Assembly: GCA_947492885.1 (NCBI GenBank)
Contig: CANLPK010000001.1
Coordinates: 36,852-100,851, forward strand
Reading direction: 5' to 3'
From: Bacteroidota bacterium
GTDB lineage: Bacteria > Bacteroidota > Bacteroidia > UKL13-3
Length of the DNA: 64,000 bases
In this document: positions 53,883 through 63,572 of the stretch, piece by piece
Position numbering within the stretch: position 1 is the first letter of the stretch
How the letters are laid out: every line of letters starts with the position of its first letter
The notes under the pieces: generated by a model
Database searches by the model: none
The model's input: only the letters and a program-made list of their open reading frames with translations
What the model was told of the DNA's origin: nothing
Made by a program: the position numbers and the translations under genes

Positions 53883-55196
53883 CTAAGAAGAGATTTCCAT
53901 TTTTATTTTACGGTTTTTAATCTTCTCATTTCGAATCAAGGCAAGGGTTGCTTCCATCTTATAACTTTTGATGGCAGCATACGCCGAATGATCTAATATC
54001 TCAATCTTTCCAAGCTCTTCTTTTTGTAGCTTGCCTTTTTGCAAGAGCATTCCTACAACATCCATCTTATTTATTTTATCTTTTTTCCCTGCCCCAATAT
54101 ATAAGGTCTTCCATTCACATGGCTTGGGTTTGCTGAACTTTCCTGGGAGCGGAAAATTCTCAGGAGTAGTTTTTAGAAACGTTGGTAAATGATCTTTTTC
54201 TTCCAACAGGAAAAAGGCAGTTCCTTTTGCATTCATCCGTGCAGTTCGACCATTACGATGAATCATGATATCTTCCGAAAGCGGTAATTGATAATGGATG
54301 ATGGCTTCAATCTCAGGAATGTCCAGTCCTCTGGCGGCGAGGTCGGTGGTGATGAGTAACTTGGTACTTCCATTACGCAATTTGATTAATGTTTTTTCTC
54401 TATCAATTTGCTCAAGCCCTCCATGATAGAAACCGTGCTCTACTCCAAGTTCACTGAGTTGCTCACTAATACGATCTACCGCATCACGATGATTGCAAAA
54501 AACTATTTTTGATTCGTTGCTTAGCCTTCCAATTAACAGGAGTAATGCATCCAATTTTTCCATGCCAATCGCTCTCACCATTTTCAATGATAAAGTCGTT
54601 TCAGCATTTTGTTTGGGCGCCGAGAAATTCAGTTCTACCGATTTGCGAAGTCCAACAAAGGCAGGAATCTCCTCGAGTTCAGTAGCTGAGGTGAGAATGC
54701 GTTTTTGCAAGCCTTTTAGTTCGCTAATGATAAACGACATCTCATCAGCAAATCCTGCTTCAAGCGATTTATCAAACTCGTCAAGAACGAGGGTATGTAC
54801 CGTTTTTAAATCGATGTTTTCGTTGCCAATATGAAAAGCAATTCTTCCTGGCGTTCCAATGAGCACTGCAGGAGGATGCATCAAATTGTTCTTCTCAATT
54901 TTAACAGCATGGCCTCCATAACAACAATTCACCTTGAAACCAGTGCTCATCTTTTTGAAAACCTGCTCAATTTGCTGCGCCAATTCACGCGTTGGAACAA
55001 TAACCAAAACCTGCACTCCTTCCTTCTGAGCGTTTAAAAGCTGCATGATTGGAAGTAGAAATGCCAAGGTCTTTCCAGTACCTGTAGGCGATATCAGAAT
55101 TACATCGTTGGGTTTTGGAATGGCCTCGCTGGCGGCTTCCTGCATTTTATTTAACGATGTTATATTAAATAGGCTAAGGGTATTGGTATAATCCAT
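53883..55196 (-). CDS. DEAD-box RNA helicase, DbpA-like (C-terminal DbpA RNA-binding domain)
   Basis: Motifs: I (PTGTGKT), Ia (PTRELA), II as DEFD (VLDEFDKSL), III (SAT) and VI (HRNGRTAR). The C-terminal LYIGAGKKDKINKMDVVGML...AAI resembles the DbpA RRM-like domain. Confidence 0.85.
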   Translation of the reverse strand: MDYTNTLSLFNITSLNKMQEAASEAIPKPNDVILISPTGTGKTLAFLLPIMQLLNAQKEGVQVLVIVPTRELAQQIEQVFKKMSTGFKVNCCYGGHAVKIEKNNLMHPPAVLIGTPGRIAFHIGNENIDLKTVHTLVLDEFDKSLEAGFADEMSFIISELKGLQKRILTSATELEEIPAFVGLRKSVELNFSAPKQNAETTLSLKMVRAIGMEKLDALLLLIGRLSNESKIVFCNHRDAVDRISEQLSELGVEHGFYHGGLEQIDREKTLIKLRNGSTKLLITTDLAARGLDIPEIEAIIHYQLPLSEDIMIHRNGRTARMNAKGTAFFLLEEKDHLPTFLKTTPENFPLPGKFSKPKPCEWKTLYIGAGKKDKINKMDVVGMLLQKGKLQKEELGKIEILDHSAYAAIKSYKMEATLALIRNEKIKNRKIKMEISS

Positions 55197-55417
55197 GAGT
55201 GATAAAGTAGTGGGGACAATGGTGCAACAAGGAATCTGGTTGCGTGCTCAAAAATACCAATTAAAAAACAAAGACGATTTCAATGGGTACTGCATCATGA
55301 AAGCCAGCTCAAAAAATAAATTCCTTAATAAGAAGTTAATACAGGCGTAATAATCTATTTTTTAACGAGTATTAGGAATAAAAGTCTGAATGAATTGCAT
55401 AAATAGAAGAAAACACC

Positions 55418-55425
55418 TATTTTTG
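55418..55425 (+). promoter_or_regulatory. candidate Bacteroidota -7 box (TAnnTTTG) for the arginine operon, embedded in a 21-bp palindrome
   Basis: TATTTTTG lies 45 nt upstream of the GNAT ATG (55470). It forms the left arm of CTATTTTTGC/GCAAAAAATAG (55417-55437). Confidence 0.4.
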
Positions 55426-55469
55426 CGCAAAAAATAGATAAATAAACTAATTATTATAGTGCTACAGCA

Positions 55470-56060
55470 ATGATTGATTTATTCTTTGAGATTTTAATCG
55501 CAAATGCCGCTCACCATCGGTATGCTTCACAAATATGTGAAGAGATGGAGCATTCTTCTAAGCAAAGAGGAACAGGTATTTCAAAGCGTTCTCCCGAAAT
55601 GATTATGGAGAAAATGTCGGCAGGCAAAGCCGTAATCGCTCTCACCCACGATGGGCAATGGGCCGGTTTCTGCTATATCGAATCGTGGGAATACGGAAAG
55701 TTCGTTTCGAATTCGGGGCTCATTGTTGCGCCCTCATTTCGCAAAGGTGGACTGGCTCGAAAAATTAAAAATGAAATTTTCGAGTTATCACAAATGAAAT
55801 ACCCCAATGCAAAAATCTTTGGATTAACCACCAGTGCTGCGGTGATGCGTATTAATTCTCAAATGGGATACGAGCCAGTAATATATTCGGAAATTACTGA
55901 GGACGAGAAATTTTGGGACGGATGCAAAAGCTGTGTGAACTATGAAATTCTAATTAGCAAAGGCAAGAAGAACTGTTTTTGCACCGCCATGCTTTTTGAA
56001 CCCATGGCCGAAATCAAGGAAATGTCACAACCTCAACCTTTAAAACAATTGGCCTCATGA
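55470..56060 (+). CDS. GNAT family N-acyltransferase, first gene of the arginine biosynthesis operon
   Basis: 196 aa. Acyl-CoA-binding-like block VAPSFRKGGLARKI. Its stop overlaps the argG start (ATGA at 56057-60). Confidence 0.7.
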   Translation: MIDLFFEILIANAAHHRYASQICEEMEHSSKQRGTGISKRSPEMIMEKMSAGKAVIALTHDGQWAGFCYIESWEYGKFVSNSGLIVAPSFRKGGLARKIKNEIFELSQMKYPNAKIFGLTTSAAVMRINSQMGYEPVIYSEITEDEKFWDGCKSCVNYEILISKGKKNCFCTAMLFEPMAEIKEMSQPQPLKQLAS

Positions 56061-57256
56061 TCCAACCCAAAGTAGTACTTGCATTTAGCGGCGGACTCGA
56101 TACCTCGTATTGTGCTATCTATCTTTCTAAAATAAAAAATTTAGAAGTCCATGCCGTATTGGTTAATACTGGTGGATTTTCTGAAGAAGAAATTCAAGAA
56201 ATTAAGCAAAGAGCCCTAACCCTTGGTGCGAGCTCGTTTGAATGCGTTGATGAAACCACTCATTATTATGAGCAATGTATCAAGTATCTCATCTTTGGAA
56301 ATGTATTAAAAAATAACACCTACCCACTTTCAGTGAGTGCAGAGCGTATACATCAAGCTTCTGCCATTGCGCGGTATGCAAAAAAAAATGGAGCGCAGTA
56401 TGTTGCCCACGGAAGCACTGGTGCAGGCAATGATCAGGTTCGTTTCGATATGATATTTAATATCCTCATTCCTGGTGTAGAAATTATTACACCCATTCGT
56501 GATCAAAAAATATCACGTGCAGAGGAAATCAGTTTCCTGAAATCTCATGGGGTGGAAATGAATTTTGAGAAGGCTCAATACAGCGTGAATAAAGGAATCT
56601 GGGGGACTTCCGTTGGCGGTGTTGAAACCATTACGTCACATTCAGGTTTGCCCGAAACAGCGTATCCTACCCAATGTACTCAAGAGCAGCCCCTCGATAT
56701 TACGTTACATTTTGTAGGTGGCGAATTGGTGGGATTGAATGAATTAAAATATAATAATTCAGTGGAAGCAATTCAAGAATTACAAAAAATGGCGGGGCCT
56801 TTTGCTATCGGAAGAGACATACATATTGGCGATACCATCATTGGGATTAAAGGTCGTGTGGGCTTTGAAGCTGCCGCACCACTTATCATCCTCAAGGCAC
56901 ATCATGCACTCGAAAAGCATGTGCTCACCAAATGGCAATTATTTTTAAAAGATCAATTATCCGATTGGTATGGCAATTGGCTTCACGAAGGTCAATTTCT
57001 GGATCCAGTGATGCGTGATATTGAAGCGTTCTTCGAAAGCACTCAAATAAAGGTTACGGGTAAGGTATTTGTAACTCTTGCTCCGTATCGCTTTCAGGTA
57101 ACAGGCATCGAATCGGAACACGACTTGATGTCGGCAAAATTTGGAAGCTATGGCGAAATAAATAATTCTTGGAGCGGGGAAGATGTAAAGGGATTCTCAA
57201 AAATATTTGGCAACGCTACCGCCATCTATCATCAGGTAAATCAAAGCGTACTCTAA
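56057..57256 (+). CDS. argG: argininosuccinate synthase
   Basis: N-terminal ATP pyrophosphatase motif AFSGGLDTS. HGSTGAGNDQVRF. 399 aa. Confidence 0.95.
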   Translation: MIQPKVVLAFSGGLDTSYCAIYLSKIKNLEVHAVLVNTGGFSEEEIQEIKQRALTLGASSFECVDETTHYYEQCIKYLIFGNVLKNNTYPLSVSAERIHQASAIARYAKKNGAQYVAHGSTGAGNDQVRFDMIFNILIPGVEIITPIRDQKISRAEEISFLKSHGVEMNFEKAQYSVNKGIWGTSVGGVETITSHSGLPETAYPTQCTQEQPLDITLHFVGGELVGLNELKYNNSVEAIQELQKMAGPFAIGRDIHIGDTIIGIKGRVGFEAAAPLIILKAHHALEKHVLTKWQLFLKDQLSDWYGNWLHEGQFLDPVMRDIEAFFESTQIKVTGKVFVTLAPYRFQVTGIESEHDLMSAKFGSYGEINNSWSGEDVKGFSKIFGNATAIYHQVNQSVL

Positions 57257-57261
57257 GATTC

Positions 57262-58245
57262 ATGAAGAAAATAAAAGTAGGTATTGTTGGCGGTGCGGGT
57301 TATACAGGAGGCGAATTAATTCGTTTGCTATTGCTTCATCCCTTCGTGGAAATTACGGGGGTAGTGAGTACGAGCCATGCACACCAACCGGTGTATTCCG
57401 TACATACCGATTTAATTGGTGATACTGATTTGAAATTTACCGATACGTTGCCTGCAGTTATCGAAGTTTTGTTTTTATGTGTTGCACATGGTGAAGCCAT
57501 TAAGTTTCTTCAGCAAAATAATATTGCAGAGCATATCAGGATTATTGATTTGAGTCAGGATTTTCGATTGCAAGCCACCAATGAATTGGGTGCCAGAAAA
57601 TTTATTTATGGTCTTCCAGAATTACAACGCGAACAAATAAAATCGGCTACAAATATTGCTAATCCTGGATGCTTTGCCACCTGCTTACAATTGGCATTAT
57701 TACCTTTGGCTGCTTCGAATTTACTGAACGATGAAGTGCATGTGCAAGCCACCACGGGTGCTACTGGAGCCGGACAAAGTTTGTCAGCAACTTCTCATTT
57801 TGCCTGGAGGAACAATAATTTATCGGCCTATAAAGCATTTGAACATCAGCATCTGTTAGAAATTAACCAGAGCATACATCAATTGCAACCGAGCTTTGAT
57901 CAACACATCAATTTCATTCCTCAACGAGGGAATTTTTCGAGAGGAATTTTTGCAAGTACGTATGTGAATTCAAAACTTTCTTTGAATGAGGCATACACAC
58001 TCTTTGATGAGTATTATTCAACACATCCTTTTGTTGTTATAAGCAAAGAAAATATTGATTTAAAACAAGTAGTCAATACCAATAAATGTGTGATGTATCT
58101 TGAACATCACCACGATAAACTATGGATTGTGAGTATGATTGATAATTTACTTAAGGGGGCTTCTGGGCAAGCTGTTCAAAATATGAACCTCATGCTTGCT
58201 TGGCCCGAAACTACTGGATTAAAACTAAAGGCATCGGCCTTCTAA
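57262..58245 (+). CDS. argC: N-acyl-gamma-glutamyl-phosphate reductase
   Basis: The start was trimmed to the ATG at 57262 (MKKIKVGIVGGAGYTGGELIRLL, a Rossmann motif). Catalytic Cys in ANPGCFAT. Confidence 0.93.
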   Translation: MKKIKVGIVGGAGYTGGELIRLLLLHPFVEITGVVSTSHAHQPVYSVHTDLIGDTDLKFTDTLPAVIEVLFLCVAHGEAIKFLQQNNIAEHIRIIDLSQDFRLQATNELGARKFIYGLPELQREQIKSATNIANPGCFATCLQLALLPLAASNLLNDEVHVQATTGATGAGQSLSATSHFAWRNNNLSAYKAFEHQHLLEINQSIHQLQPSFDQHINFIPQRGNFSRGIFASTYVNSKLSLNEAYTLFDEYYSTHPFVVISKENIDLKQVVNTNKCVMYLEHHHDKLWIVSMIDNLLKGASGQAVQNMNLMLAWPETTGLKLKASAF

Positions 58246-58258
58246 ATTTGACAACACT

Positions 58259-59413
58259 ATGAATTTATTTGACGTATATCCGCTTTTTAATATCACTCCT
58301 GTGCGTGCTTCAGGAAGTTATCTCTGGGACGAACATGGGGTACAGTACCTCGATTTATATGGAGGACATGCTGTGATTTCGGTAGGGCATGGGCACCCAT
58401 TTTATGTGAAGCAATTAACCAACCAACTTCAGAAAATTGCGTTCTATTCCAACTCTGTTCAGATACCAATGCAAAAGGTATTGGCACAGAAACTTGGAGA
58501 GCAAAGTGGGTATCAAGACTATCAATTATTTTTATGCAACTCAGGTGCTGAAGCCAATGAGAATGCGTTCAAATTGGCGTCGTTTCATACAGGTCGCAAG
58601 AAAATTATATCGTTCGAAAAATCCTTTCATGGCCGCACTTCTGCTGCTGTGGCTGCCACCGACGATCCATCCATCGTTGCTCCCATTAATGAAACATCCA
58701 ATATTATTTTCTGCAAATGGAATGATGCACCTATGCTGGAACAAATATTTGCATCCAATGAAATTGCAGCAGTTATTATCGAAGGAATACAAGGAGTTGG
58801 AGGTGTAAATATTCCAGAGGTGACTTTTCTCCAAAAAATAAAATCACTTTGTGAAGCGAATGGGGCATTGATGATTGCAGATGAAATTCAATCGGGATAT
58901 GGCAGAAGCGGGAAATTCTTCGCCCATCAGTATGCAGATATTCGCCCCGATATTATCACGGTAGCCAAAGGAATGGGCAATGGATTTCCTGTAGCAGGCG
59001 TGCTCATTCACCCGAATATAAAACCAAAGCATGGTATGCTGGGCACCACCTTTGGAGGAAACTACCTTGCGTGTGCTGCAGCGATTGCTGTGCTCGATAT
59101 TATCAATCATGAAAATTTAGTAACGAATGCAAACGAGGTAGGCGAGTATCTCATACATCAGTTGCATGGCATTCCAGGCATCAAAGAAATACGTGGATTG
59201 GGACTCATGATTGGTATTGAGCTTCAAGTGCCTTGTGCAGCCATTCGCAACGAACTATTAAATGAGCATAAAATATTTACTGGATCTTCTTCGAATAAAA
59301 ACACACTAAGAATTTTACCAGCACTTAATATTTCAAAAACGGAAGCTGATCTTTTTATCACTGCTTTTAAAAGCATCATGCATAAACAATTTAAAACAAG
59401 CCTTGCACAATAA
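58259..59413 (+). CDS. argD: acyl-ornithine aminotransferase (class III PLP aminotransferase)
   Basis: SGAEANE, DEIQSGYGRSGKFFA, and a PLP-Lys context (TVAKGMGNG). Confidence 0.9.
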   Translation: MNLFDVYPLFNITPVRASGSYLWDEHGVQYLDLYGGHAVISVGHGHPFYVKQLTNQLQKIAFYSNSVQIPMQKVLAQKLGEQSGYQDYQLFLCNSGAEANENAFKLASFHTGRKKIISFEKSFHGRTSAAVAATDDPSIVAPINETSNIIFCKWNDAPMLEQIFASNEIAAVIIEGIQGVGGVNIPEVTFLQKIKSLCEANGALMIADEIQSGYGRSGKFFAHQYADIRPDIITVAKGMGNGFPVAGVLIHPNIKPKHGMLGTTFGGNYLACAAAIAVLDIINHENLVTNANEVGEYLIHQLHGIPGIKEIRGLGLMIGIELQVPCAAIRNELLNEHKIFTGSSSNKNTLRILPALNISKTEADLFITAFKSIMHKQFKTSLAQ

Positions 59414-59429
59414 CCACAATCAAAATACC

Positions 59430-60389
59430 ATGAAAAATTTCACCTCTTTATCCGATGTTTCCAATATCGACAAACTGGTGCAGGAGGCTTTACAATTGAA
59501 GGCCAACCCCTTATCGTTTCGCTCTTTGGGAGAAGGCAAGACGATAGGATTGGTTTTTCTAAATCCTAGTTTACGTACCCGAATGAGTACTCAGAAAGCA
59601 GCCATGAATCTGGGTTTGAACGTGATGATCCTCAATGTAAATCAAGAGAGTTGGGCATGGGAGTTTGAGGATGGCGCTATCATGAATGGAATGAAAGTAG
59701 AGCATGTGAAAGATGCTGCAGCAGTGATTAGTCAGTATTGCGATGTCGTGGGTATCCGTTGTTTCCCATCATTACAAAATAAGGAAGAAGATACCAACGA
59801 ATATGTATTGAACCAATTCATGAAATATTGCCAGGTACCTGTCGTATCATTAGAATCGGCAACACGTCACCCGTTGCAAAGCTTGGCCGACCTGATTACA
59901 ATAACAGAAGCATGGAATCAACCACGTAAACCCAAGGTAGTGCTTACCTGGGCTCCTCATATCAAACCCTTACCACAAGCGGTTGCTAACTCTTTCAGTG
60001 AATGGATGTGCAAGGTACCCGTAGATTTTGTTATTACCCATCCCGAAGGATATGAATTGCATGAGTCGTTTACCCAAGGTGCTAGGATTGAATACAACCA
60101 GCAGCAAGCCTTGCAGGGCGCCGATTTTGTGTATGTAAAAAACTGGTCGTCATACCACGATTATGGAAGGATACTTCCAGAAAATAATGACCATTGGTTG
60201 TTGAATGAAAAGCGTATGCAAGTAACGCAGAACGCAAAAATTATGCATTGTCTTCCAGTGCGTCGTAATGTGGAATTGAGTGATGCCCTGCTCGATGGCC
60301 CTGATTCCCTCATTCAACAACAAGCAGGGAATAGATTATTTGCAGCACAAATTGTTTTAAAGGAAATTCTTCAAAGCCTGAATCAATAA
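59430..60389 (+). CDS. argF': N-acyl-L-ornithine carbamoyltransferase of the AOTCase/SOTCase family (not a classical OTCase)
   Basis: The start was trimmed from TTG to the ATG at 59430. Carbamoyl-phosphate motif as SLRTR (classical OTCases have STRTR). HCLPVRRNVE near the C-terminus. Confidence 0.85.
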   Translation: MKNFTSLSDVSNIDKLVQEALQLKANPLSFRSLGEGKTIGLVFLNPSLRTRMSTQKAAMNLGLNVMILNVNQESWAWEFEDGAIMNGMKVEHVKDAAAVISQYCDVVGIRCFPSLQNKEEDTNEYVLNQFMKYCQVPVVSLESATRHPLQSLADLITITEAWNQPRKPKVVLTWAPHIKPLPQAVANSFSEWMCKVPVDFVITHPEGYELHESFTQGARIEYNQQQALQGADFVYVKNWSSYHDYGRILPENNDHWLLNEKRMQVTQNAKIMHCLPVRRNVELSDALLDGPDSLIQQQAGNRLFAAQIVLKEILQSLNQ

Positions 60390-60392
60390 GTA

Positions 60393-61187
60393 ATGCAGAC
60401 ACTACAAATTATAAAAATTGGAGGCGATATCATCAATCATGAATTGAAATTAACGCAATTTATTTCCATGATTTCTGAAATCAAGAAACCGATGATTTTG
60501 ATTCATGGTGGTGGCAAACTCTTGGATCAATTGGCTATTCGCTTGGGCATCGAACAGCAAATGGTTGACGGACGACGCATTACTGATGCGGCTACTTTGG
60601 AATTGGCAAGCATGGTGTACGCCGGAGGAATCAACAAGAAAATTGTTGCACTTTGTCAGTCGCAAGGCCTCCATGCTTTAGGACTCAGTGGAGCAGATAA
60701 TAATTGCTTGCAGGCCCAGCAACGCAAAATTGGTGAAAATGATTTTGGTTTTGTGGGTGATATCAACAAGGAAGGGGTGAATTCAAAATTCATTTCCTTA
60801 TTGTTATCCAATGATATCATGCCTGTATTTTGTTCAATCACGCATGATAACCAAGGCCAATTATTCAATACCAATGCCGATACCCTCGCTTCCGTAATCG
60901 CTCAGTCGATGAGTGCATTTTATGATGTACAATTGATTTATTGCTTTGAAAAAAATGGAGTACTACGAAATATTGATGATGAAGAAAGTGTAATTCCAAG
61001 TATCAATACCAACGAATATATAACACTGCAACAAGAAGGAATAATTTCCAAGGGCATGATTCCTAAGCTGGATAATGCCTTCGATGCAATTCAATCGGGT
61101 GTGCAAAAAGTAACCATCATGCATGCGCTTCATATTCTAAAAAATAATCAAGATGAATCCAATGTCGGAACAAAAATTAGCCTATAA
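60393..61187 (+). CDS. argB: acyl-glutamate kinase
   Basis: Amino-acid kinase fold with IIKIGG, LIHGGG and NTNADT motifs. 264 aa. Confidence 0.9.
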   Translation: MQTLQIIKIGGDIINHELKLTQFISMISEIKKPMILIHGGGKLLDQLAIRLGIEQQMVDGRRITDAATLELASMVYAGGINKKIVALCQSQGLHALGLSGADNNCLQAQQRKIGENDFGFVGDINKEGVNSKFISLLLSNDIMPVFCSITHDNQGQLFNTNADTLASVIAQSMSAFYDVQLIYCFEKNGVLRNIDDEESVIPSINTNEYITLQQEGIISKGMIPKLDNAFDAIQSGVQKVTIMHALHILKNNQDESNVGTKISL

Positions 61188-62259
61188 GTCGCCGCCAATT
61201 GAGGCTTTGCAAAATGGAGCAATCGATTTATTGAAGCAATTGATTGCTATTCCATCCTTGAGTAAACAAGAACATGACACTGCATCGTGTATTGAACAAT
61301 TCTTGCATTCAAAAAATATTACCACACAACGCCTGGGCAATAATGTTTGGGCACGCAACCAGTTTTTCGATGCCAGTAAACCTACCATCCTGCTCAACTC
61401 TCACCACGATACGGTGAAACCCAATGCTGGGTATACCAACAATCCATTCGAACCCATTGAAGAAAATGGCAAGCTCTACGGGCTGGGAAGCAATGATGCT
61501 GGAGGCCCCTTGGTAAGTTTGATGGCAGCCTTTTTATATTTCTATCCAGTTCCTGAATTAAAATATAATTTTATTTATGCTGCTACTGCCGAAGAGGAAA
61601 TCTCTGGAAAGGATGGGGTGGCATCTATTCTCGATAGTATTGGCCCCATTGATGTTGCGATTGTAGGGGAGCCAACGCAAATGGAACTCGCCATTGCCGA
61701 GAAGGGATTGTTAGTGATTGATTGTGTATCCAAAGGTATTTCAGGGCATGCCGCACATCCCAATCCGAATAACGCGATCATCAATGCCCTCGATGATTTA
61801 CATTGGTTCCGAAATTTTCGCTTTCCAAAAGTATCTAAATTTTTAGGTGAAGTGAAAATGAGTGTCACCATCATTCATGCGGGCAATCAGCATAACGTGG
61901 TACCCGATACGTGTACGTTCACGGTTGATATTCGCACTACCGATGACTATAGCAATCAGAAGGTACTCGATATCGTGCAATCGCATGTACAGTGTGAGGT
62001 GACGCCTCGATCGATGATTCTGAATGCTTCTGCTATCGCCGAAGAACATCCACTGGTAGAGGCAGGAATTCAACTTGGGCGCAAAGTGTATGGGTCGCCT
62101 ACCAGTTCAGATATGGCGGTGATGAATTTTCCAGCAGTAAAAATGGGTCCAGGAAACTCTTTGCGTTCGCATACCCCTGATGAATTTATTTTCATTGAAG
62201 AGATTGAATCAGGGATAGAAATTTATATTCAAATGCTTTCTAAAATTGTAATCTCATGA
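61153..62259 (+). CDS. argE: M20 family deacylase (acetyl/succinyl-ornithine deacylase, ArgE-like)
   Basis: Metal-ligand motifs NSHHDTV, GSNDAGG and ATAEEE. It overlaps the argB 3' end by 35 nt (26 nt if the ATG at 61162 is used), and its stop overlaps the argH start. Confidence 0.8.
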   Translation: MNPMSEQKLAYKSPPIEALQNGAIDLLKQLIAIPSLSKQEHDTASCIEQFLHSKNITTQRLGNNVWARNQFFDASKPTILLNSHHDTVKPNAGYTNNPFEPIEENGKLYGLGSNDAGGPLVSLMAAFLYFYPVPELKYNFIYAATAEEEISGKDGVASILDSIGPIDVAIVGEPTQMELAIAEKGLLVIDCVSKGISGHAAHPNPNNAIINALDDLHWFRNFRFPKVSKFLGEVKMSVTIIHAGNQHNVVPDTCTFTVDIRTTDDYSNQKVLDIVQSHVQCEVTPRSMILNASAIAEEHPLVEAGIQLGRKVYGSPTSSDMAVMNFPAVKMGPGNSLRSHTPDEFIFIEEIESGIEIYIQMLSKIVIS

Positions 62260-63572
62260 GTCATAAAATTTGGCAAAAAAACATTGCTACTTCCAGTGAA
62301 CACGCCGATATCGTAGGTAAATTTACGGTAGGTAACGATCGCGAATTTGATTTGCAACTGGCACGTTACGATGTGATAGGTTCTATGGCACATGCTGAAA
62401 TGCTCGTGAGTATTGGCTTATTGACTGCTGATGAAGGGCAACAAATACAAAACGCCTTACAAGAAATAGCCCAGGAAATTGAAGCGGGAGAATTTAAATT
62501 AGATGATACTGTTGAAGATATTCATTCGCAAATTGAGTATCTGCTCACGCAACGCCTTGGTGAAGCAGGAAAAAAAATACATAGTGGTCGCTCCCGCAAT
62601 GACCAGGTGCTGCTCGATTTAAAATTGTTCATGCGAAATGAGCTGGAAGAAATTACTCGCAATGTTCATACTTTATTTAATGAGCTCATTACCTTAAGTG
62701 AAAAAAACAAGAACCATCTTTTACCAGGCTATACCCATTTGCAATTGGCTATGCCTTCGAGCTTTGGGTTATGGTTTGGCGCTTATGCAGAGTCGCTCAC
62801 CGACGATTTGGAAATGATACGTGCAGCGCATGCGGTATGTAATAAAAACCCTTTAGGATCGGGCGCAGGCTATGGTTCATCGTTTGCATTGAACCGAACC
62901 ATGACCACCGAACTCCTACATTTTGATACCATGAATTATAATGTGGTATATGCTCAAATGACAAGAGGGAAGAGCGAAAAAATTATGGCCATGGGTATGT
63001 CTACGTTGGCCGCTACCTTGTCCCGACTAGCCTACGATATTTGTTTGTATATGAATCAGGAATTTGCTCTCGTATCATTTCCTGATTCACTCACCACGGG
63101 CAGCAGCATCATGCCACATAAGAAGAACCCCGACGTATTCGAACTCATCAGAGCACGTTGCAATAGAATACAAGCCTTGCCCAACGAACTAACCTTGCTA
63201 ACCAACAATTTACCATCGGGCTATCATCGCGATGTGCAGCTTACCAAAGAGTGTTTATTTCCTGCTATCGAATCGTTAAAGCAATGCCTTACCATGACCA
63301 CGTTTATGCTTCAACATATATCAGTAAAGCACGATGCACTTGCTTCATCGCATTTTGATGTATTGTTTAGTGTGGAAGAGGTAAACCAGCAAGTATGTGA
63401 GGGCGTGGCTTTCAGGGATGCGTATAAAAATGTCGCAGCAGCTATCGAAGGCAATAATTTTCATCCGTCCAAAGAAATGCATCATACCCATGAAGGCAGT
63501 ATGGGCAATTTATGTAATGATAAAATTGTTGCTCAGTTTAATTCGGTGCTGGGGCAGATTCTTAAAAGCTAA
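62256..63572 (+). CDS. argH: argininosuccinate lyase
   Basis: Fumarate-lyase signature GSSIMPHKKNPD. SRNDQV. 438 aa. Confidence 0.95.
   Translation: MSHKIWQKNIATSSEHADIVGKFTVGNDREFDLQLARYDVIGSMAHAEMLVSIGLLTADEGQQIQNALQEIAQEIEAGEFKLDDTVEDIHSQIEYLLTQRLGEAGKKIHSGRSRNDQVLLDLKLFMRNELEEITRNVHTLFNELITLSEKNKNHLLPGYTHLQLAMPSSFGLWFGAYAESLTDDLEMIRAAHAVCNKNPLGSGAGYGSSFALNRTMTTELLHFDTMNYNVVYAQMTRGKSEKIMAMGMSTLAATLSRLAYDICLYMNQEFALVSFPDSLTTGSSIMPHKKNPDVFELIRARCNRIQALPNELTLLTNNLPSGYHRDVQLTKECLFPAIESLKQCLTMTTFMLQHISVKHDALASSHFDVLFSVEEVNQQVCEGVAFRDAYKNVAAAIEGNNFHPSKEMHHTHEGSMGNLCNDKIVAQFNSVLGQILKS

Noticed and set aside
55385-55402. TCTGAATGAATTGCATAA upstream of the arg operon as a possible ARG box.
   Set aside because: Only the left half-site (TGAAT) matches the E. 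coli-type consensus, and the right half is not its complement. No ArgR gene is in the window.
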